Positions 37,688-47,906 of a DNA stretch of 64,000 nt are shown here, in pieces. Numbering within the stretch: the stretch's first letter is position 1; the number at the start of each line of letters is the position of its first letter. The DNA is from Clostridia bacterium (GTDB taxonomy: Bacteria; Bacillota; Clostridia; HGM11514), in NCBI GenBank assembly GCA_045586685.1, contig JAZNAU010000038.1, positions 1 through 64,000 of the forward strand, read 5' to 3'. Made by a program: the position numbers and the translations under genes. Below the pieces are notes generated by a model. That model saw nothing but the letters and a program-made list of their open reading frames with translations, searched no databases and was not told where the DNA came from.

Positions 37688-38857
37688 TTAAATATACAAT
37701 GTATCAATTTGCATCACTACTCTGTAACGCTCATCCGTTTGTTGAATCAACCGTGAAACTTCCGCTATCGTTTCCTTTTTCTTCTGTTCGTCAAAGGTAT
37801 AGGGAACCACCAAATCAAAAATCAGATTTACACGGTTTTCGCCATCTGTAATTCTAAAATCGTGAATAGAAAACCGGGGATCGATTCCCTTACAAATTCC
37901 TTCTGTCATTTCCCGAAGCTGATTGGTTCTCACACAATTAACTAAAATCGGGTCCATGTGAATGACCAGTATAATTCCTAATTCACTGTTTGCTAACTGT
38001 TCCAATGAGTCAATTTCCTCATGCACCACAATCATATCCGCATCGCTGGGGACCTCCGCATGGACGGATGCCATAACCCGACCGGGTCCGTAATTATGCA
38101 CAATCAAATCATGCATTCCCACAATGTATTTCCCTGACATCACAATTTCACTCAAACGTTCTACCGTTTCCTTTTCAGGTGCGGTTCCCAACAACAAACT
38201 AATGGTATCACGGGCAACTTCATACCCCGACCGGAGAATCAAAGCCGACACTGCTACGCCCACATATCCGTCAATGGAAAAGGGTAAAAAATAACCAATT
38301 ATTGTAGAAACAATAACCGCTCCGGTGGAAATTACATCATTCAAGCTATCCCGTGCTGTTGCAAGAAGCAAGCTTGACTGAATCTTTTTTCCAAGGTAAC
38401 GATTATAGGAATACATCCACACCTTTACCAACATGGATGCCGCTAAAATAACAATGGCCACAGGATAAAAGGAAACCGCTTCCGGATGAATGATTTTTCC
38501 AACCGAGCTTTTCAACAGTTCCACCCCTACCATCAAAATCAAAAAGGAAACAATCAGCGAGGCGATATACTCCACTCTGCCGTGTCCAAAAGGGTGCTCG
38601 GGGTCAGGCCGTTTGTTGCTCATTTTAGCACCAATCACAGAAACCACCGAGGAACCAACGTCAGATAAATTATTAAACCCGTCTGACAAAATGGAGATAC
38701 TGTTCATCAAAAGTCCCGTTGTCAGTTTTAAGAGAAACAAAAAGAAATTGCACAGAATCCCTACCGTACCGCTTAACACACTGTACCGTTCCCGTACTTT
38801 TTCGTCTGATACATTTTCATAATCAAATACAAATTTCTTCAGCAAAAAACGAATCAA
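37688..38857 (-). CDS. Cation diffusion facilitator transporter
   Basis: D..NNLSD, PD.EHPFGHGR.EY, DS.ND, HDLIVH.YGP. Confidence 0.92.
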   Translation of the reverse strand: MIRFLLKKFVFDYENVSDEKVRERYSVLSGTVGILCNFFLFLLKLTTGLLMNSISILSDGFNNLSDVGSSVVSVIGAKMSNKRPDPEHPFGHGRVEYIASLIVSFLILMVGVELLKSSVGKIIHPEAVSFYPVAIVILAASMLVKVWMYSYNRYLGKKIQSSLLLATARDSLNDVISTGAVIVSTIIGYFLPFSIDGYVGVAVSALILRSGYEVARDTISLLLGTAPEKETVERLSEIVMSGKYIVGMHDLIVHNYGPGRVMASVHAEVPSDADMIVVHEEIDSLEQLANSELGIILVIHMDPILVNCVRTNQLREMTEGICKGIDPRFSIHDFRITDGENRVNLIFDLVVPYTFDEQKKKETIAEVSRLIQQTDERYRVVMQIDTLYI

Positions 38858-38951
38858 AAAAATGCCTCCATTTCGATCAGGACATAATTACTTTTTATAA
38901 AAACTTATACAAAACAGGCAGTCTCAACAAGGTAAGACTGCCTGATATTTA

Positions 38952-39197
38952 TTATCTTCCCAGATAACTTTTGAGAAGCTCTTCCAACAGTTCATCCCGC
39001 TCCAGACGGCGAATCATACCGCGGGCATTGTTGTGACTGGTAATATAGGTAGGATCACCTGAAAGAATGTATCCAACCATTTGATCAATGGGATTATATC
39101 CCTTTTCCGTCAATGCCTGATATACTGCATGAATAATCTGGCTGGTCTCCCCTGCTCTGTCGTTCTCAAATTTGAATTTCATTGTTCCATCTGTCAT
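38952..39197 (-). CDS. IreB/ReoM-family phosphoprotein (UPF0297)
   Basis: [29 protein letters not shown]...ERDELLEEL. Confidence 0.92.
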   Translation of the reverse strand: MTDGTMKFKFENDRAGETSQIIHAVYQALTEKGYNPIDQMVGYILSGDPTYITSHNNARGMIRRLERDELLEELLKSYLGR

Positions 39198-39274
39198 GAT
39201 CACTCACCCTCACTTTCAAAAAAATCCGCTTATATATAGCATATAACAAATTCGGAAAAAATGCAAGTGTTTTT

Positions 39275-41641
39275 TTAATTTTTTCTTAATTCAACATGCA
39301 GTTTTTCTTCCAGACGGGTTAAAATTTTATCCATTACCCCGTTTACTTCCTGCTCTTCCAAGGTTTTGTTGGCATCACGGAATACAACAGAGTATGCAAC
39401 ACTCTTCTTTCCTTGGGGAATCTGCTTTCCTTTGTAGATATCAAACAGCTTGATTTCTTCAATCAATGCCTTACCGCACTGACGAATGATTTCTTCAATA
39501 CTGCCCACTTCAACCTCATCATCACAAAGCATTGCCAAATCTCTGGTTACTGCAGGGAATTTAGGCAGTGCATGGTAAGTTTTTTCAGGTTTCATGTGTT
39601 CTAACAGCAAGGTAAAGTCGATACTTGCCATCAGCACCTCCCTGTCTAACTCATAGTTGTTGCAAACCGCAGGGTGCACTGCTCCAAACACACCCGCACT
39701 GACACCCCCTACAATCAATTCTGCTGTTTTTCCGGGGTGGAAGGTAGGATCGTCCTTCTTCGCTTGCACCTTATATTTGGCAATATTCAGGGTTTCCATC
39801 AACTGTTCTACTACACCCTTCAAATCATAAAAATCTACATTGCCATACATTCCAATCGTCACAAACTCCCGTTCCTCCGGAAGCTCTGTTACAGGCAAAG
39901 CTTTGGGATAATAAACCGCCCCCAGTTCAAACAACCCTACATTTTGATTCCGATGGCTGTTATTTAAGGACAGTGCTTTTAACATTTCATTATAGTGTTG
40001 AGTTCTCATGACGCTCTGTTCTTCCCCTAAGGGATTCAAAATAGTCACACATTCCCGTAGGTTTGAACTGCTGGGGATATTCAGCTTGTCAAAAGATTTG
40101 GGGTCAGTAAAGGAATAGGTATAAATTTCATACAAACCTCTCGCGGTTAACGCTTTTTTCACCGCATCCTCGGTTGCTTGTTTCAAGGTTTTTCCACCCG
40201 CAACCGATTCTCCCTTCATGAGGGTAGAGACAATTTTATCATAACCGTAGAATCTGGCAATTTCCTCTGCCAAATCTGCTTCCGTTTCCAAATCTTTGCG
40301 AAAAGTGGGAGGATACACTTGACCTTCCTTCACCTCACACTCCAACCGTTCTAAAATACGAATCATTTCACTTTCTGCAATGTCCGTCCCTAAAAAGGCG
40401 TTAATTTTTTCAGGACGAAGTGTAATTTCTGTTCTCTCAGGCAATGTACCGCAAACATCAATCACACCGCCTACCACTTCCCCGGCGCCCAGCTCACATA
40501 TCAGCTGGCAGGCACGATTCACCGCATCTAACGTAACGTTGGCATCCAGTTCCTTTTCAAAGCGGGCAGAACTTTCCGTTCTCATTCCCAAAGCCTTGGC
40601 AGTAGAACGAATGGATGCACCGCTAAAGTTGGCACTTTCAAACACGATTGTTTTCGTTGTTTCTTGAATTTCACTATTCTGCCCGCCCATGACACCCGCA
40701 ACCGCTACAGGTCTTTGAGCATCACAAATCACCAGCATATCAGGTGTCAGACTCCGTGTTACATCATCTAATGTAACAATAGTTTCTCCATTTCTCGCAT
40801 TACGGACACAAATGCTGTTACCTTTCAGAAAATCAATATCAAATGCGTGCATAGGCTGACCATATTCCAACATAACATAATTGGTAATATCCACAATATT
40901 GTTAATGGCACGCACTCCGCATCCTTCCAGCCGTTTCTGCATCCACATAGGAGAGGGCTCAATCTTAATATTCTTCACCACACGGGCAGTATAACGCGGG
41001 CAAAGTTCAGGTGCTTCCACGCTTACAGAAATAAAATCTTCAATTTTTTCACTGTTTTCTTCTACAGTCACTTTCGGAACAGAAAACTCCTCATTTAAGG
41101 TAATGGCAGATTCCCGTGCCAAACCAATGATACTCAGGCAATCAGGACGGTTGGAGGTAATATCAAAATCGACAATCACCTCATCTAACCCTAAGGTCTT
41201 TTTAATATCTTCGCCAAGGGGGGGCTCACCATCTAAAATCAGAATTCCCGTTGCAACACCTTCTGTCATGCCAAGCTCATCTGTAGAGCACAACATCCCT
41301 TCGGACACAACCCCTCGCAACTTACCTTTTTTAATGACTGTTCCGTCAGGCAAATGAGAACCATGCAGAGCAACAGGCACAAAAGCACCTTCAAACACAT
41401 TTTTGGCTCCCGTTACAATCTGAATGGTTTCTCCTACATTCACTTGACAAACCACCAATTTATCCGCATCAGGATGTTTCTCAATTTTCTCAATTTTTCC
41501 TACAACAACCTTTTCAATTCCTTCCCCTACCATTTCAAAGGCATCTACCTTGGAACCTGACAAGGTCATGGCATCACAATATTCTTTGGGTGTTACCCCT
41601 ACTTTTGTATAATCATTCAACCAACTCATTGGCATTTTCAT
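39275..41641 (-). CDS. pheT: Phenylalanyl-tRNA synthetase beta subunit
   Basis: tRNA-binding OB fold (HPDADKL), NRPDCLS, VDITNYV, FDX-ACB C-terminus. Confidence 0.98.
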   Translation of the reverse strand: MKMPMSWLNDYTKVGVTPKEYCDAMTLSGSKVDAFEMVGEGIEKVVVGKIEKIEKHPDADKLVVCQVNVGETIQIVTGAKNVFEGAFVPVALHGSHLPDGTVIKKGKLRGVVSEGMLCSTDELGMTEGVATGILILDGEPPLGEDIKKTLGLDEVIVDFDITSNRPDCLSIIGLARESAITLNEEFSVPKVTVEENSEKIEDFISVSVEAPELCPRYTARVVKNIKIEPSPMWMQKRLEGCGVRAINNIVDITNYVMLEYGQPMHAFDIDFLKGNSICVRNARNGETIVTLDDVTRSLTPDMLVICDAQRPVAVAGVMGGQNSEIQETTKTIVFESANFSGASIRSTAKALGMRTESSARFEKELDANVTLDAVNRACQLICELGAGEVVGGVIDVCGTLPERTEITLRPEKINAFLGTDIAESEMIRILERLECEVKEGQVYPPTFRKDLETEADLAEEIARFYGYDKIVSTLMKGESVAGGKTLKQATEDAVKKALTARGLYEIYTYSFTDPKSFDKLNIPSSSNLRECVTILNPLGEEQSVMRTQHYNEMLKALSLNNSHRNQNVGLFELGAVYYPKALPVTELPEEREFVTIGMYGNVDFYDLKGVVEQLMETLNIAKYKVQAKKDDPTFHPGKTAELIVGGVSAGVFGAVHPAVCNNYELDREVLMASIDFTLLLEHMKPEKTYHALPKFPAVTRDLAMLCDDEVEVGSIEEIIRQCGKALIEEIKLFDIYKGKQIPQGKKSVAYSVVFRDANKTLEEQEVNGVMDKILTRLEEKLHVELRKN

Positions 41642-41655
41642 GGCTATCCCCTCCT

Positions 41656-42675
41656 TTAAAACTGCTTTAAAAACCGTACATCGTTTTCGAAGAACAAACG
41701 CAAATCGTCAATATCATATCGACGCATTACAATCCGTTCCAAACCGATACCAAAGGCAAAACCGCTGTAAACTTCCGGATCAATTCCACAGTTTTTCAGC
41801 ACTTTTGGATGCACCATACCACAACCTAAAATCTCAATCCATCCTTCGCCTTTACAAACGCGGCAACCTTCTCCACCGCATACAAAACAGGAAATATCCA
41901 TTTCTGCAGAAGGCTCTGTAAAGGGAAAATGATGAGGACGGAACCGCACCTTTACTTCCTCTCCGTACAGTTTCTTTACAAACACTTCCAGAGTACCTTT
42001 CAAATCTCCCATGGTGATTCCCTTATCCACCACCAAACCTTCAATCTGGTGAAAAACAGGAGAGTGGGTTGCATCTACCGCATCAGAACGGAACACTCTT
42101 CCCGGTGCAATAATACGGATGGGTGGCTGTTGCTTTTCCATCACACGCACCTGCATGGGTGAGGTCTGGGTTCTTAACACAATGTTATCGTTGATATAAA
42201 AGGTATCCTGGGTATCGCGGGCAGGATGATTTTTAGGAAGGTTCAACGCCTCAAAGTTATAATAATCATATTCCACCTCAGGACCTTCTGCAATAGAAAA
42301 GCCCATACCGATAAAAATATCCTTCAATTCATCTAAAACAGTTGTCAAAGGATGCGTTTTTCCAACAGGCCATTTTTTCCCTGGTACGGTAACATCCAGT
42401 GTTTCATTGCTTAACTTCTTTTCCAATTCTGCTTGTTGAAGCTTATTTTTTGTCTTATCCAGTTCCTCCTCAATAAAAGAACGAACCTGATTGGCTAACT
42501 GACCAATAAGCGGACGCTCTTCTGCAGAAAGCTGCCCCATACCTCTCAAAACAGAAGTAAGCTCACCTTTTTTTCCAAGATATTTCACCCTGATTTCTTC
42601 CAGACCGGCAATGGAATCTATGGTTTTCAAACTTTGTTCTGCCGATTGTCTGATTTGTTCTAATTGCTGTTTCAC
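41656..42675 (-). CDS. pheS: Phenylalanyl-tRNA synthetase alpha subunit
   Basis: HPARD.QDTFY, LRTQTS, FPFTEPS, GFAFG.GLER. GTG start at 42675; the longer ORF runs through the T-box. Confidence 0.98.
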   Translation of the reverse strand: MKQQLEQIRQSAEQSLKTIDSIAGLEEIRVKYLGKKGELTSVLRGMGQLSAEERPLIGQLANQVRSFIEEELDKTKNKLQQAELEKKLSNETLDVTVPGKKWPVGKTHPLTTVLDELKDIFIGMGFSIAEGPEVEYDYYNFEALNLPKNHPARDTQDTFYINDNIVLRTQTSPMQVRVMEKQQPPIRIIAPGRVFRSDAVDATHSPVFHQIEGLVVDKGITMGDLKGTLEVFVKKLYGEEVKVRFRPHHFPFTEPSAEMDISCFVCGGEGCRVCKGEGWIEILGCGMVHPKVLKNCGIDPEVYSGFAFGIGLERIVMRRYDIDDLRLFFENDVRFLKQF

Positions 42676-42699
42676 AAAAACTACCCCTTTCGGTAAAAA

Positions 42700-42945
42700 T
42701 AAAAAATCCTCCGCCCCAATTAGGGACGAAGGAAAAATTCTTCGCGGTACCACCCTGATTCCTGCAAATTCACAGGCACTCAAGTCCATGATAACGGTAT
42801 GAAACCGGCTTTTCCTACTGCAGTGTTCAGAAAAACAGCTCAACGGGCGAACTTCAACTCCGTATACTGATGAGGATGCTTCCAGCCGACGACATCCACT
42901 CTCTGACACCTTCTCACGAAATCTACTTTCCCGATCATCGCTTTT
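42700..42945 (-). promoter_or_regulatory. T-box riboswitch, specifier UUC (Phe)
   Basis: Stem I with AGUA/GAA loop E and GAAG-UUC-G specifier, T-box AAUCAGGGUGGUACCGCG, terminator with U-tract; upstream of pheST. Confidence 0.95.
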
Positions 42946-42983
42946 TTATATCATATCATAAATTTTACAATTTGTCAACTTTT

Positions 42984-43454
42984 TTATTCAATAACAATAC
43001 TCTTAATTTTCTGTTCTTCCAGAGGTCTGTCGCTGTAATCCGTCTGAACATTCGCAATTTCGTCCACCACTTCAATCCCCTCTACCACCTTACCGAAGGC
43101 TGCATATTGTCCATCCAGGTGTGGTGCGTCCTCGTGCATAATAAAGAACTGCGAGCCTGCACTGTCAGGATGAGCAGCACGAGCCATTGAAATAACGCCT
43201 CGGGTGTGTTTTAAGGGATTGTTTACGCCATTTTGTAAAAATTCTCCCTTAATCTGATAACCGGGGCCGCCCATTCCGGTTCCGTCAGGACAACCGCCCT
43301 GAATCATAAACCCAGATATCACACGGTGAAAAATCAATCCATTATAAAATCCTTCTTTCGCCAGCTTTTCAAAATTTTCCACTGTAATAGGAGCCGCTGT
43401 TTTATCTAACTCCAGCTTTATTTGTTTTCCGTTTTCCATTGTAATAAGAATCAT
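42984..43454 (-). CDS. Cyclophilin-type peptidyl-prolyl isomerase
   Basis: [35 protein letters not shown]. Confidence 0.95.
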   Translation of the reverse strand: MILITMENGKQIKLELDKTAAPITVENFEKLAKEGFYNGLIFHRVISGFMIQGGCPDGTGMGGPGYQIKGEFLQNGVNNPLKHTRGVISMARAAHPDSAGSQFFIMHEDAPHLDGQYAAFGKVVEGIEVVDEIANVQTDYSDRPLEEQKIKSIVIE

Positions 43455-43554
43455 TGTTAACATCCTTTCAAAAATATTGTAATTAGCTTGGATACATATA
43501 TATCGTGATTGTTATATCACATCTTTCCCCATTTGTCAAGCAAAAGATAACAAT

Positions 43555-44469
43555 TTATTCGCATTTTATTTGGTGAAATAATATATCAATTTCTTCTTTC
43601 AAGGGAGGATTGGTTCCTGGTGTCATACAAGCTGCGGTACCAAATGCGGCAGAAAGCCGAAGTGTGTCACAAAATGGCAAGTCATTTATCTGACCCGTCA
43701 AAAAACCCGCTACCGTACTATCCCCCGCTCCCACCGTAGAAACAACGGAGATTTTGGGAACAGAGATCCGATAATGTCCGTTTACGCCAATATAAACCAT
43801 CCCTTTCCCACCAAAGGAAATTAAAACATGGTCAATTCCGCTTTTGTAAAACGTTTTGGCAACCTCTAAACTCTGTTCCGGTTCCAGTTCCCTTCCTGCA
43901 AGAAAAGAAATCTCTTGTTGATTTGGCTTTATCATCATAGGTTGTAACTCAATCAATTCTTCCATAGAAAAGGAATTGGAATCAATCACAAGTTTTGCAC
44001 CGCTTTGCTTTACTTTATGTAAAAATGAAATGACCGCCTCCTTGGAAAGCCCTGAGGGAATTCTTCCGGTAAAGGTCACTATGCTTTCTTCATCCAGGGG
44101 CATCAGATCTATTATTTCATGTAAAATACCGTCATCCAACTGAAATCCATCAAAGCTAATTCTGGTTTCAGGGGTATGAGTACTATGCACCGTCAGATTT
44201 TCTCGGATTCTCCCCCTTGCCGTTACTGCCAGATAGGAAATACCGTCCGCATCCAAGCCCTTTTTAAATTCTTCTCCGTTTTCCGTTCCCAAAACGGTAA
44301 TAGCTGTATTTTCAATTCCGTATGAATGTAACGCACGGGACAAATTGATTCCCTTTCCTCCCGACTGACGGGTCAGGTTTGTTCCGTAATTTTCTTTATA
44401 TAATTGCAGATTTTCAATAACACAATGGACATCAAATGCCGGATTAAGTGTCAGCGTAATAATCTTCAT
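43555..44469 (-). CDS. 1-phosphofructokinase-family (PfkB) hexose kinase
   Basis: TLTLNPA.D, GGKGIN, IKPN..E, STVGAGDS. Confidence 0.9.
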   Translation of the reverse strand: MKIITLTLNPAFDVHCVIENLQLYKENYGTNLTRQSGGKGINLSRALHSYGIENTAITVLGTENGEEFKKGLDADGISYLAVTARGRIRENLTVHSTHTPETRISFDGFQLDDGILHEIIDLMPLDEESIVTFTGRIPSGLSKEAVISFLHKVKQSGAKLVIDSNSFSMEELIELQPMMIKPNQQEISFLAGRELEPEQSLEVAKTFYKSGIDHVLISFGGKGMVYIGVNGHYRISVPKISVVSTVGAGDSTVAGFLTGQINDLPFCDTLRLSAAFGTAACMTPGTNPPLKEEIDILFHQIKCE

Positions 44470-44555
44470 CAGCAAGACCTCCTTCTTCACTAAGGGGTTA
44501 TAAAAAATCAAACAAATAATAAGTAAAAATCCGCACACTCCTGTGTACGGATTTT

Positions 44556-44629
44556 TGGCTGCGAGAGAAGGATTCGAACCCTCACAAAGTGAGTCAGAGT
44601 CACTCGTGCTACCCTTACACAATCTCGCA
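44556..44629 (-). tRNA. tRNA-Gln(CTG)
   Basis: TGCGAGA..AGTGA-CTCTGAC-TCACT..GTTCGAAT..TCTCGCAGCCA; terminator hairpin immediately downstream. Confidence 0.95.
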
Positions 44630-44724
44630 ACGACAAATAATATTATACGATATAAATTCAATTTTGTCAAGCACTTTTTTTATTTTTTTCAATTTTTTTG
44701 GTTTCATTCAAAAACATGGAAAAT

Positions 44725-45660
44725 TTAATTTTGCCAATAAATTTGCTGTTCTCGCATGATTGGATAACGAACCAAACTATCTCCTTCCAGATTTTCCTTT
44801 TTTATATCAACACCGGAGATTCTGCTGTTTTCATAAGTGGTATAATAATAAATTCCTTCCTCTGTATTACAACAAGAAGAATACACCGTTCGTTCAAGGG
44901 TTCCGTTTTTTAGTCTGACACACCCTTTTTGTTGCTCTACCGATTTTAAAATATGGAAAAACTGACTGACTTCTTCACAAGGCTCGCAAAGGGAATGCTC
45001 CTTGACAAACACCCCTTTTACAAAACGTGAAAAGGAGGACAAATCACCGGGCAACCCATATGCCCCCAAACCTCTGCTGTACGGTTGTTCTTCCTGTTCA
45101 TTGGGGGTCAAATTGTTAAAATTTTGCAGTAACAGAAGTTGGGTGTTAAAAGGGGGATTGTTGGTCAGTACCCCTACGGGATTTTTCCATATTTTTAAAC
45201 CTTCTGTTAAGGGTTCTACCGTAACAGATTCCTGTTTGTCGCTTAACAGCCAATGAAGAGGCGTAACAGGCAATTCTTTGTTAAATGAAATATTTGAAAG
45301 TTGAATAGAAGAAAGCAGTTCAACCGCTTGTGCCGTACTCTTACACTGGCTGAGAATAAAGGGAATCAGCTCATAGGGAGCTATCCCAAAATTTTGTGGA
45401 AAATAATAAGCATTTCCCGGGAAATGAAGTCCTGCCATACTAAGTCCATGCTCGTTGGTTGCATCATAATACAAAGGATATTCGTCCACCACATATGCCA
45501 TTCCAATCATAGCATAATGGTTTTTGATTATTTGTGCGTTTCCAAAAGAGAAAGGAAACCGACGCGGTGTTACCGTTACCTCTTCCTCGTAAGAATATTC
45601 CAAGTCCAGATTTCTGCCAAAATAATGACCTTGTTTTAAAAATGAAATTGCCGTACACAT
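44725..45660 (-). CDS. Choloylglycine hydrolase family (bile salt hydrolase / penicillin V acylase)
   Basis: N-terminal MCT nucleophile, FGRNLD, YDATNE.GL, LTNNP.F, LPGD.SS.SRF. Confidence 0.9.
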   Translation of the reverse strand: MCTAISFLKQGHYFGRNLDLEYSYEEEVTVTPRRFPFSFGNAQIIKNHYAMIGMAYVVDEYPLYYDATNEHGLSMAGLHFPGNAYYFPQNFGIAPYELIPFILSQCKSTAQAVELLSSIQLSNISFNKELPVTPLHWLLSDKQESVTVEPLTEGLKIWKNPVGVLTNNPPFNTQLLLLQNFNNLTPNEQEEQPYSRGLGAYGLPGDLSSFSRFVKGVFVKEHSLCEPCEEVSQFFHILKSVEQQKGCVRLKNGTLERTVYSSCCNTEEGIYYYTTYENSRISGVDIKKENLEGDSLVRYPIMREQQIYWQN

Positions 45661-45803
45661 ACAAACACCCCCGTCAAATTTCTCTTACAAAAGTGTTTCC
45701 CAAAATCTAAAATATATTCAGTTTCTTCCTATATAAAAAGATTCCTCATTTCATTCAGAATAACCAAATCTGCTCTATCTGAACGGAGTGAAGAATCTTT
45801 TTG

Positions 45804-46160
45804 TTAATGTTTTGGCTTTGGTTTAAACAAAACCGCCACCAGCCAACCAAAAATTATAGCAGCGGCAATCCCTCCGGCTGTAGCGGTCAATCCGCCGGAA
45901 AAAACACCAATCAATCCCTTTTCGCCAATGGTTTTTACTGTTCCTTTTGCCAAGGTATATCCAAATCCAGAAATAGGCACTGTTGCCCCTGCTCCCGCGA
46001 ACTGAACCAAGGGTTCGTATAACCCTACCATGGTAAGGAAAACACCCGCAACCACAAATCCTGTTAAAATTCTTGCAGGGGTCAGTTTGGTATAATCAAT
46101 CAAAAGTTGCCCGACAACGCAAATAAGACCGCCAACCACGAAGGCTTTCAGATACTCCAT
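45804..46160 (-). CDS. spoVAE: Stage V sporulation protein AE
   Basis: AF.VGG.IC..GQ..ID.TKLTPARIL, GAGATVP..GFG, FKPK. Confidence 0.92.
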   Translation of the reverse strand: MEYLKAFVVGGLICVVGQLLIDYTKLTPARILTGFVVAGVFLTMVGLYEPLVQFAGAGATVPISGFGYTLAKGTVKTIGEKGLIGVFSGGLTATAGGIAAAIIFGWLVAVLFKPKPKH

Positions 46161-46177
46161 TTGTTTCACCTCAATGT

Positions 46178-46207
46178 AAGTATCTCCCTATTCTTCCTGT
46201 TATATAC
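46178..46207 (-). promoter_or_regulatory. Sigma-F-like (forespore) promoter of spoVAE
   Basis: GTATA-N15-GGAGATACTT matches the sigma-F consensus GYWTA-N15-GGnnAnAnTW. Confidence 0.6.
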
Positions 46208-47725
46208 CTATCTGGGAATTAGAATTTTCTGTCCTGTCACAAGATTTCCTTCTCCCAGCTTATTGGCTTTGATAATGCTGTCACGGGTGACGCTGTACCG
46301 TTTTGCAATATTCCACAAAGTATCACCTTTTTGAACAAAGCATATAACAAGGGACGGTCTTGTTTCGTTACATTCTGTATTATCAGACTCCTCTGCCTTG
46401 GTAACACAAGGAATCTGACCCATTTTCACAGCAGTTCCTTCTATATAAATAACCCCTCTGATTTCTACCTCGTCAGCAGACAGCAAATGATAAGAAAAAT
46501 GACCGGTGCTTACTGTCATATCACCACGATTCATTTCACCTTCCAGCTCTTGTGAAAAAGGCAGTTCCTTGGTAAGACTGCAATATTCTCCTTCCGAACT
46601 TTGATAAAGAATGGTAACACAGCATTTTCCTTCTACCCTTGTTTTTTCACCATGACAGGAAACTGCTTCTATCCATACGGAAGGTTCCATAAAATATATT
46701 CTGGAAATGGGCGGTTGCTCTTTGCAGAATAAATTTTCCCGAATTGCAATTTCTTTTGATGCAACGGGATGCAATTCGGAATAACATATGGTATCACAGG
46801 TACATTCCAAAGGAATTTCTGTGCAGAATAAGTCCTCCACAAGTTCTGTCTTTTCTGTAAGCATAGCACGAATCTGCACAAAAATTTTAGCATCTGCAAA
46901 CAACAGCCTCGTGTCCCCGTCGCTATCTTCGTCGGCTCTGATTTGAATCCCTGATAAATAAAGAGTCGAATGATCTTCCATTTCCTCTGTAACCCCTATG
47001 GCATCCACCACTTCTGTAAAGGGAATCACGTGCTCTGCATATTCTGTTGTTTCTTCCATACTATAATAGAAGAAACTCAGTACAATTTCCCCTTTTATCA
47101 TTGCTTTGTTGGTCATCAACCTTACTTCTGGCTCCCTGATTTTCCCCTCGCAAAATAAAATTCTGTGAATATCAGGAAGAGAACCATTTAATTCCGTTTG
47201 CTCTCTGACTGCCAAAACCTGATCCAAGCAAACATGCTCAGTAATATAAGTGGCAGGTTGGTACTTCATTTCTGTTTCGCAATCCGCCTCACACCCTGTC
47301 AGAACCCGATAAGTACAATCCTCTGAAAATTGTTTTTTGATACATACTGTCACCTTGAGATTCAGTTTCCTTGAATGATACAAATAATAGGAAACTTCTC
47401 CTACCTCAGCCTGTGCATCAACAAGCAATTGTTCCCCATCCACCCGCACAGTATGCTGAAACGGGAGAGAGGTATGAATTGCCTCCATCCCTGTCCCTTC
47501 TGCGGGCTGATAAAGAATATGGGCATATACCGTTCCACTTAATGTAATACGGTCACCGCCCGACTCTTTCGACTCAATGGCACAGGAGGTTTTAATCAAA
47601 AGCACCTTTCCTATATCCCCCTGTACATCCGGAACAATCACATCCTCCTCTGCTGTTTCCGCTGCAACCTCCCGAGCACGGATTTGATTCAGCGTAATAT
47701 CCTGATACTTTGCTTCAAACGCCAT
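46208..47725 (-). CDS. SPOCS (DUF3794) repeats + LysM spore coat morphogenetic protein (SipL-like)
   Basis: VPD...DI..V repeats; C-terminal LysM VQKGDTLWNIAKRY. Confidence 0.88.
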   Translation of the reverse strand: MAFEAKYQDITLNQIRAREVAAETAEEDVIVPDVQGDIGKVLLIKTSCAIESKESGGDRITLSGTVYAHILYQPAEGTGMEAIHTSLPFQHTVRVDGEQLLVDAQAEVGEVSYYLYHSRKLNLKVTVCIKKQFSEDCTYRVLTGCEADCETEMKYQPATYITEHVCLDQVLAVREQTELNGSLPDIHRILFCEGKIREPEVRLMTNKAMIKGEIVLSFFYYSMEETTEYAEHVIPFTEVVDAIGVTEEMEDHSTLYLSGIQIRADEDSDGDTRLLFADAKIFVQIRAMLTEKTELVEDLFCTEIPLECTCDTICYSELHPVASKEIAIRENLFCKEQPPISRIYFMEPSVWIEAVSCHGEKTRVEGKCCVTILYQSSEGEYCSLTKELPFSQELEGEMNRGDMTVSTGHFSYHLLSADEVEIRGVIYIEGTAVKMGQIPCVTKAEESDNTECNETRPSLVICFVQKGDTLWNIAKRYSVTRDSIIKANKLGEGNLVTGQKILIPR

Positions 47726-47755
47726 TGCGTTCCCTCCTTCACCAATTCTGTAACC

Positions 47756-47784
47756 ATTCTATGCCCGTCCTTTTAAAAATATGA
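47756..47784 (-). promoter_or_regulatory. Sigma-E-like (mother cell) promoter of the SPOCS-LysM gene
   Basis: TCATATT-N14-CATAGAAT on the minus strand. Confidence 0.65.
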
Positions 47785-47906
47785 ACAAAAAAATGGAAAG
47801 TTCTTGCCACTTACCGCCTTTCTGTGTTATAATAGATGTAACAGAAAAAATTACAAACGTTTTTCTACTATATATAATAGTAGAAACTCGAACTGGAGAG
47901 CAAACT

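Noticed and set aside
42676-42909. N-terminal extensions of PheS (also PfkB 44470-44670 and LepA 47781-47906) in the ORF track
   Set aside because: They run through a T-box, a tRNA or promoter DNA; RBS-supported starts lie downstream.
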